Shown one piece after another: positions 56,954-64,000 of a stretch of 64,000 nt of DNA. The notes under the pieces are model-generated. The model had not been told where the DNA came from. It saw nothing but the letters and a program-made list of their open reading frames with translations, and did not search any database. The first letter of the stretch is position 1; each line of letters starts with the position of its first letter. Position numbers and translations under genes: made by a program. The DNA is from an uncultured Burkholderiales bacterium (lineage in GTDB: Bacteria; Pseudomonadota; Gammaproteobacteria; Burkholderiales; Burkholderiaceae_E), in assembly GCA_903903975.1 (NCBI GenBank), contig CAIVAS010000132.1, positions 345 through 64,344 of the forward strand. The letters run 5' to 3'.

Positions 56954-58075
56954 CTACTGGAAGAATTCCTTGACCTTGTCTTTCCAGGACCGGGTCTGCG
57001 GGCTGTGTCGCTCATCTTTCAGCGTCGCGTCGAGTTCGCGCAACAGGGTCCGCTGCTTCTCGGTCAGCCGGATCGGTGTCTCGACAATCAGGTGCGCATA
57101 AAGGTCGCCCGGATAGCTCGAGCGAACACCCTTGATCCCCTTGCCTCGCAAACGGAAGGTCTTACCGGTCTGAGTTCCTTCGGGCAACTCGATTTCGGCA
57201 TCGCCCGCGAGCGTGGGCACCTTGATCGTGCCGCCGAGCGCCGCGGTGGTCACTGTCGTCGCAACCTGGCAGTGGAGATCGTCACCGTCGCGTTTGAAGA
57301 CCGCATGCTCCTTGGTGTGGATCTCGACGTAGAGATCGCCTGAAGGCCCGCCGTTGATGCCGGGCTCGCCATTGCCTGCAGAGCGGATCCGCATGCCATC
57401 GTCGATGCCCGCCGGGATCTTGACCTGCAGTGTGCGTGTGCGCTTGATCCGGCCAGCGCCTTCACAGGGTTCGCACGGGTCGGACACGGTCTTGCCGCTG
57501 CCGTGGCAAGCCGGACAGGTCTGCTGAATGGAGAAGAACCCCTGTTGCACCCGAACTGCGCCCTGCCCATTGCAGGTACGACAGGTCTGAGGCTTGGTGC
57601 CGGGCTTGGCGCCGCTTCCGCTGCAAGTCTCGCAGGCATCCCACGAGGGAACGCGGATCTCGGTCTCGAAGCCTGCCGCGGCCTGCTCGAGCGTGATGTC
57701 CATCGCATATCGCAGGTCAGCACCCCGGTAGACGCTGTTGCGCTGCCCACGGCCCCCCTGCTGAGCGCCGAAGATGTCGCCGAAGATATCTCCGAATACA
57801 TCGCCGAACCCGCCGAAGCCCTGGCCCCCCTGCCCGCCTCCGGCGTTGGGATCGACGCCGGCATGCCCAAAACGGTCGTAGGCCTGTCGTTTGGCGCTGT
57901 CGGAAAGCATCTCGTAGGCCTCTTTGGCCTCCTTGAATTTCTCCTCGGATTCCTTGTTATCCGGATTGCGGTCCGGATGAAACTTCATGGCGAGCTTGCG
58001 ATAGGCCTTCTTGATGTCATCGTCTGATGCGTCCTTGGCCAAACCGAGGATGTCGTAGTAATCACGCTTCGCCAT
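56954..58075 (-). CDS. dnaJ: molecular chaperone DnaJ
   Basis: J domain DYYDILGL...[14 protein letters not shown], Gly-rich linker, four CxxCxGxG zinc-finger repeats. Confidence 0.97.
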   Translation of the reverse strand: MAKRDYYDILGLAKDASDDDIKKAYRKLAMKFHPDRNPDNKESEEKFKEAKEAYEMLSDSAKRQAYDRFGHAGVDPNAGGGQGGQGFGGFGDVFGDIFGDIFGAQQGGRGQRNSVYRGADLRYAMDITLEQAAAGFETEIRVPSWDACETCSGSGAKPGTKPQTCRTCNGQGAVRVQQGFFSIQQTCPACHGSGKTVSDPCEPCEGAGRIKRTRTLQVKIPAGIDDGMRIRSAGNGEPGINGGPSGDLYVEIHTKEHAVFKRDGDDLHCQVATTVTTAALGGTIKVPTLAGDAEIELPEGTQTGKTFRLRGKGIKGVRSSYPGDLYAHLIVETPIRLTEKQRTLLRELDATLKDERHSPQTRSWKDKVKEFFQ

Positions 58076-58200
58076 TGCTTAATCCGTTGATCGCCGAAAA
58101 TGAGCCACGCGGGCGCGAGGCGCCGCAGATTATGACCGGGATTGCCCCGGTTGACCTGCCTGCCCCGCACCCGCGTGCTGAATCACACCTTTACCGAGGT

Positions 58201-60129
<1,929 letters not shown>

Positions 60130-60190
60130 TTTTCTGATCCTGTTGAAAAGTTGAATGACTGGCTGATACGTTGGTGTCGGGTCAGTGAAA

Positions 60191-60751
60191 TCAAGTGCCG
60201 CTGCTGACGGCCACCATGGCGGGGCGCAGCACGCGATCGTTGATCAGGAACCCCTTCTGCAGAACCGCCACCACATGATTGGCCGGCACATCGGGCGCCG
60301 CGACCATCGAGATCGCCTGATGCCGATTGGGGTCGAACTTTTCACCGACCGGGTCGATGGCCAGCAGCTTGTGACGCTCGAAGGCGACCGACATCAGGCG
60401 CAATGTGGCCTCGACACCTTCGCGCAAGCTGTCAATCGATGGCGAATCGACCTTGAGCGCCATTTCAAGACTGTCGCGTACCGGGAGCAGGCTCTCGGCA
60501 AAGCCTTCGATGGCGAACTTGTGCGCCGATGCCACATCTGCCTGGGCACGTTTGCGCAGGTTTTCGACATCAGCCCGCGAGCGCAGGGCCATATCCATAT
60601 ATTCTGCGGCTTTGGCCTGCGCCTCGAGCAGCTGGGCTTGCAGTGAATCATCGGCTGCGGGCGGGTCCGAGGCAGCGTCAGTGGGGTTTGAGCCGGCCGA
60701 GCCTGGCAGACCGGAAGAATCAGCGGAAGAATGGGGAGTTGGATCAGCCAT
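60191..60751 (-). CDS. grpE: nucleotide exchange factor GrpE
   Basis: [16 protein letters not shown]...[14 protein letters not shown]...FDPNRHQAI. Confidence 0.9.
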   Translation of the reverse strand: MADPTPHSSADSSGLPGSAGSNPTDAASDPPAADDSLQAQLLEAQAKAAEYMDMALRSRADVENLRKRAQADVASAHKFAIEGFAESLLPVRDSLEMALKVDSPSIDSLREGVEATLRLMSVAFERHKLLAIDPVGEKFDPNRHQAISMVAAPDVPANHVVAVLQKGFLINDRVLRPAMVAVSSGT

Positions 60752-60818
60752 CGATTTATCTTTTTTGATCAGTGACTTGCATTTGATTATCAGGGATTGG
60801 AACGAAATCTCCGAACGC

Positions 60819-60846
60819 AGCTTGGGTCATTTCTCAGGATTTCAAG
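60819..60846 (-). promoter_or_regulatory. candidate sigma-32 heat-shock promoter of grpE-dnaK-dnaJ
   Basis: Minus strand reads CTTGAAA-13 nt-CCCAAGCT, about 68 nt upstream of the grpE ATG. Confidence 0.5.
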
Positions 60847-60934
60847 CGCCTTCGCGAGCAACAGGTAATATCCGGTGCGGTTTGGGCTGACAGGCCTTCA
60901 AAGCGCACCACTCAACCATCAAGGAGCATTCATC

Positions 60935-61438
60935 ATGGGTCTGCTGTCTTTCTTCAAGGATGCGGGTGAAAAACTTTTCGGCAAAGGCGAGGCTCAGGCC
61001 GCGCAACAGGCTGCCGCAAAAGATCCGAGCCCCGAAAAACTTGCCGCCGCCAACGATGCCGCCGCCAAGGCCATCGAAACGTACATCCGCTCAATGAGTC
61101 TCGACGCGACCGGACTGATGGTCGACTATGACGGGACCAACAGCACGGTGACGGTTCGCGGCATCGCGCCCGACCAGGCGACCCGCGAAAAAATCGTCCT
61201 GTGCTGCGGCAACGTCGCCGGTGTCGGTTCGGTCAACGATCAACTCACGGTCGAAGTGCCGGTTGACGAGTCGCAGTATTACACCGTCAAGAGCGGCGAC
61301 TCGCTGTCGAAGATCGCCCAGCAGTTCTATGGCAACGGCAACGCTTACATGCAGATCTTCGAAGCCAACAAGCCGATGCTCTCGAACCCCGACAAGATCT
61401 ATCCGGGTCAGAACCTTCGCATCCCGCCCAAGGCCTGA
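60935..61438 (+). CDS. kbp: BON + LysM domain protein (potassium-binding protein Kbp/YgaU-like)
   Basis: Trimmed to ATG 60935. MGLLSFFKDAGEKLFG and YYTVKSGDSLSKIAQQFYGNGNAYMQIFEANKPMLSNPDKIYPGQNLRIP are collinear with E. coli YgaU as I remember it. Confidence 0.85.
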   Translation: MGLLSFFKDAGEKLFGKGEAQAAQQAAAKDPSPEKLAAANDAAAKAIETYIRSMSLDATGLMVDYDGTNSTVTVRGIAPDQATREKIVLCCGNVAGVGSVNDQLTVEVPVDESQYYTVKSGDSLSKIAQQFYGNGNAYMQIFEANKPMLSNPDKIYPGQNLRIPPKA

Positions 61439-61486
61439 TCGGCGCTGGCATCTCGGCACTGCGGCCGCAACCCTTCCGCTGCCTGT

Positions 61487-61513
61487 CGCCCATCGCCTGA
61501 AGTGCGATGGGCG
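61487..61513. terminator. GC-rich hairpin between convergent kbp and hemH (possible bidirectional terminator)
   Basis: CGCCCATCGC-7 nt-GCGATGGGCG, a perfect 10-bp stem. No U-tract on either side. Confidence 0.4.
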
Positions 61514-61524
61514 GACCCAGCTGT

Positions 61525-62631
61525 TCAGCTCAGGGCACCAAGCGCCAGTGCACGGTCCCGACGCTTGGTCAGTGCGTCATCTTCGCGTTTCTGGCCGACG
61601 GTAGCGGTGGTCGGCCATCCTGACAACTGGGCTTCAACCAGTGAGGCGAGCGCATCGATGAACACCGGAGCCTCGTTGAGGCACGGGATATATCTGAATT
61701 GATGGCCGCCGGCCTTCAGAAAAGCTGACTTCGCTTCGATCGAGATTTCTTCGAGTGTCTCGAGGCAATCGACCACGAAGCCCGGGCAAATCACATCGAC
61801 TTCACGCACTCCGTCGCGGGCTAGCGCTTCAAGGGTCGGCTCGGTATAGGGCTGCAGCCATTGCGCCTTTCCGAAGCGGGACTGAAAAGTCACGACCCAC
61901 TGATCGCGACTGAGCCCTAATTGCTCGGCCAGCAAGCGTGCCGTGACGAGGCACTCGCAGTGGTAAGGGTCGCCCAATTCGAGGGTCCGCCGCGGAACCC
62001 CGTGAAAACTCATCACCAGGCGTTCGCCGCGACCGTCGCGCGCCCAGGCCTCGCGCACCTGCGCGGCAAGCGCCGCGATATAGCCCGGATCATCGTGAAA
62101 ATTGCGGACCCAGCGCATCTCCGGCAGGTTTCGCCATCCTTGCAGCACCCGAGCGGCCTCATCGAAGACCGTCGCGGTGGTCGAGCCGGCGTATTGCGGA
62201 TACATCGGCAGCACCAGCAGCCGGGTCATGTTGCGCTCGCGCAGGGCCTCGAGCACGGTGGCAATCGACGGCTCGCCATAGCGCATCGCCAGCATCAGAT
62301 CGATGTCATGCCCGCGTTCGTTCAGCGTTTGCCGCAGCAGTTCTGTCTGGCGGACCGAATGCACCATCAGCGGCGAGCCTTCGTCCATCCAGACACTGGC
62401 GTACTTGTGCGCCGACTTGGCAGGCCGGGTATTGAGAATGATGCCGTGCAGGATCGGCCACCAGATCAGGCGAGGGATTTCGACCACCCGCGGGTCGCCA
62501 AGGAACTGCCTGAGAAACGGGCGCAGCGCAGCCGCAGTGGGCGCGGTCGGCGTTCCCAGCTGGACGAGGATGACGGCTGTGCGAGGAGGACTCGCATGAT
62601 TAAAAGCGCCGGGACTGCTGAAGCGTTCCAT
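61525..62631 (-). CDS. hemH: ferrochelatase
   Basis: AVILVQLGTPTAPT, LPMYPQYAGSTT, SFHGVPRR, QSRFGKAQWLQPYT. Confidence 0.93.
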   Translation of the reverse strand: MERFSSPGAFNHASPPRTAVILVQLGTPTAPTAAALRPFLRQFLGDPRVVEIPRLIWWPILHGIILNTRPAKSAHKYASVWMDEGSPLMVHSVRQTELLRQTLNERGHDIDLMLAMRYGEPSIATVLEALRERNMTRLLVLPMYPQYAGSTTATVFDEAARVLQGWRNLPEMRWVRNFHDDPGYIAALAAQVREAWARDGRGERLVMSFHGVPRRTLELGDPYHCECLVTARLLAEQLGLSRDQWVVTFQSRFGKAQWLQPYTEPTLEALARDGVREVDVICPGFVVDCLETLEEISIEAKSAFLKAGGHQFRYIPCLNEAPVFIDALASLVEAQLSGWPTTATVGQKREDDALTKRRDRALALGALS

Positions 62632-62671
62632 CTGCAGAGTCTACCAAGGTCGGCCCGGCGCCGACGCCACC

Positions 62672-63730
62672 TCAGCGGGTCAGACTGTCGCCGGTTGCAA
62701 GATCAAAGACATGCAGCAAGTCGAATTCGGGTGTCAACCTGACCATCGCGCCGGGATCGAAGGACACGCGCTCGCTGAGCAAGACAGTCAGCGGCTGATC
62801 CGCGATGACACACTGAAGCGTCGTTTGCGCCCCGGTAAATTCGAGAGTCACCAGCCGAGCCGCAAGCGGGCTGGCACCCGACAGGCTGAAGTGCTGAGGG
62901 CGGATACCGAGCAGCACCGGCTGGTTGTCGTGCGCGGCGACCGGCCTGCGCACCGGCACCCGGGCATCCCCGATCAGAACGCCGCCATGCAGCCAGACGC
63001 CGCGCAGCATGTTCATCGCGGGTTTGCCGACGAAATTCGCGACATAAGTGTTGGCCGGTCGGTCATAGACCTGCATGGGCGTGGACGACTGCGCCACCCA
63101 ACCGGCACCCATGACAACCAGCTGGTCGGCCATCGCCATGGCTTCGATCGGATCGCGTGTGGCGTAGATTGAGGTAATGCCGAGCTTTCGGTGCAGGCGG
63201 CGGATCTCCTCGCGCAACTGCGCCTGCAACAACTCGTCGAGTCCAATCAGCGGATCATCGAAAAGACAGACCTTCGGCTCGCAGGCAAGTGCCCGCGCGA
63301 TGGACGTGCGCAGACGATGGTCATCGGAGAGGTTTTGCACCAGTCGGCTCAGGAAGGGCTCGATACCGAGCAGTCCGGCAACCGCGCGCACTCGCTGATC
63401 GATGTCGCCGCTGGGGCGTGCTGCGGCCCTGACGCCGAAAGCAATATTTTCGCCAGCGCTCAGATGCCCGAAAAGACTGTCGCCTGGCAGCACCATCGCA
63501 ATACCGTGTCGGGTCGGCCTGCGCGTTTCGAGGACCTGGCCGCCAATCGAGACCTGCCCGGCGCTCGGCGACTCCAGCCCGGCCACCAGTTTGAGGAGAC
63601 TTGATTTCCCGCAGGCTGCAGGACCGGTCATTGCGCAGAAGCTGCCATCGTCGATCACCAGATCGATGCCGTGAATGACGCGACGCTGGTCGTAGGCCTG
63701 CTCGATACCCTCGAATTCAACCGATGCCAC
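62672..63730 (-). CDS. orphan MalK/UgpC-like ABC nucleotide-binding protein with degenerate catalytic motifs
   Basis: Collinear with MalK/UgpC, including the C-terminal regulatory domain. Walker A GPAACGKSS is kept. Changes: Q-loop MVLPGD (Q lost), signature LSDDHRLR (LSGGQ lost), Walker B CLFDDP (Glu lost), H-loop YATRD (His lost). Confidence 0.85.
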   Translation of the reverse strand: MASVEFEGIEQAYDQRRVIHGIDLVIDDGSFCAMTGPAACGKSSLLKLVAGLESPSAGQVSIGGQVLETRRPTRHGIAMVLPGDSLFGHLSAGENIAFGVRAAARPSGDIDQRVRAVAGLLGIEPFLSRLVQNLSDDHRLRTSIARALACEPKVCLFDDPLIGLDELLQAQLREEIRRLHRKLGITSIYATRDPIEAMAMADQLVVMGAGWVAQSSTPMQVYDRPANTYVANFVGKPAMNMLRGVWLHGGVLIGDARVPVRRPVAAHDNQPVLLGIRPQHFSLSGASPLAARLVTLEFTGAQTTLQCVIADQPLTVLLSERVSFDPGAMVRLTPEFDLLHVFDLATGDSLTR

Positions 63731-63771
63731 GGGCTCTCTTTCCTGCTGCGAACAACATGGCCCGGCTTGAT

Positions 63772-64000
63772 TCAGCCGTGGCTCAAGGCGCTGGTTACCA
63801 GTCGCGCTGTGATGTCGACAATCTGGATCACTCGGTCGTAGGCCATCCGGGTTGGGCCGATGACGCCCAGGGTACCGACGATCTTGCCGTCGGCCTCATA
63901 GGGGGCCACCACGACCGAGAGCTGATCCATTGGCACGAGCTGCGACTCGCCGCCGATGAAAATCTGCACGCCCTCGGCATGACTGCCAGCATCGAAAAGC
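63772..64000 (-). CDS. hrcA: heat-inducible transcription repressor HrcA, C-terminal part (gene continues right of the window)
   Basis: ...[45 protein letters not shown] is the conserved HrcA C-terminus. The frame is open to position 64000. Confidence 0.8.
   Translation of the reverse strand, partial: LFDAGSHAEGVQIFIGGESQLVPMDQLSVVVAPYEADGKIVGTLGVIGPTRMAYDRVIQIVDITARLVTSALSHG

Overview
High-GC chromosomal segment whose gene order looks like a Burkholderiales-type betaproteobacterium: hrcA...hemH-grpE-dnaK-dnaJ, rpsF-priB-rpsR-rplI-dnaB, and aminotransferase-hom-thrC-mobB-moeA-moaD-moaE. The taxon is inferred from synteny only. I call 59 protein-coding genes, two of them cut by the window edges. 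I saw no rRNA, tRNA, CRISPR array, integrase, transposase or prophage gene, so this reads as core chromosome rather than an island. Contents are heat-shock genes (clpB, grpE-dnaK-dnaJ, hrcA), a ribosomal-protein/replication operon, threonine and molybdopterin biosynthesis, a Liv-type ABC importer, heme genes (hemL, hemH), Pit phosphate uptake, PHA depolymerase, and several small redox or catabolic clusters. The many long ORFs antisense to real genes are GC-driven shadow ORFs. No classical novel system such as a defence island is evident. The candidates most worth follow-up are: (1) a 7Fe ferredoxin gene overlapping by 4 nt a 1219-aa fusion of GltD/NfnB-like and PyrK/NfnA-like modules, suggesting a dedicated ferredoxin:NAD(P)H oxidoreductase; (2) an orphan full-length MalK/UgpC-like ABC ATPase between hrcA and hemH in which the Q-loop, signature, Walker B Glu and H-loop His are all substituted; (3) a monocistronic tandem AAA+ protein with an unassigned 340-aa N-terminal region, sharing a divergent control region with (4) a GntR-headed PhyH dioxygenase / SAF-domain dehydrogenase / SMP-30 lactonase operon that has a perfect 16-bp palindromic operator abutting its predicted -10 box. 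Short 11-22 bp tandem duplications also recur, mostly beside stop codons at gene 3' ends. All functional calls come from motif recognition by eye; no database search was run.
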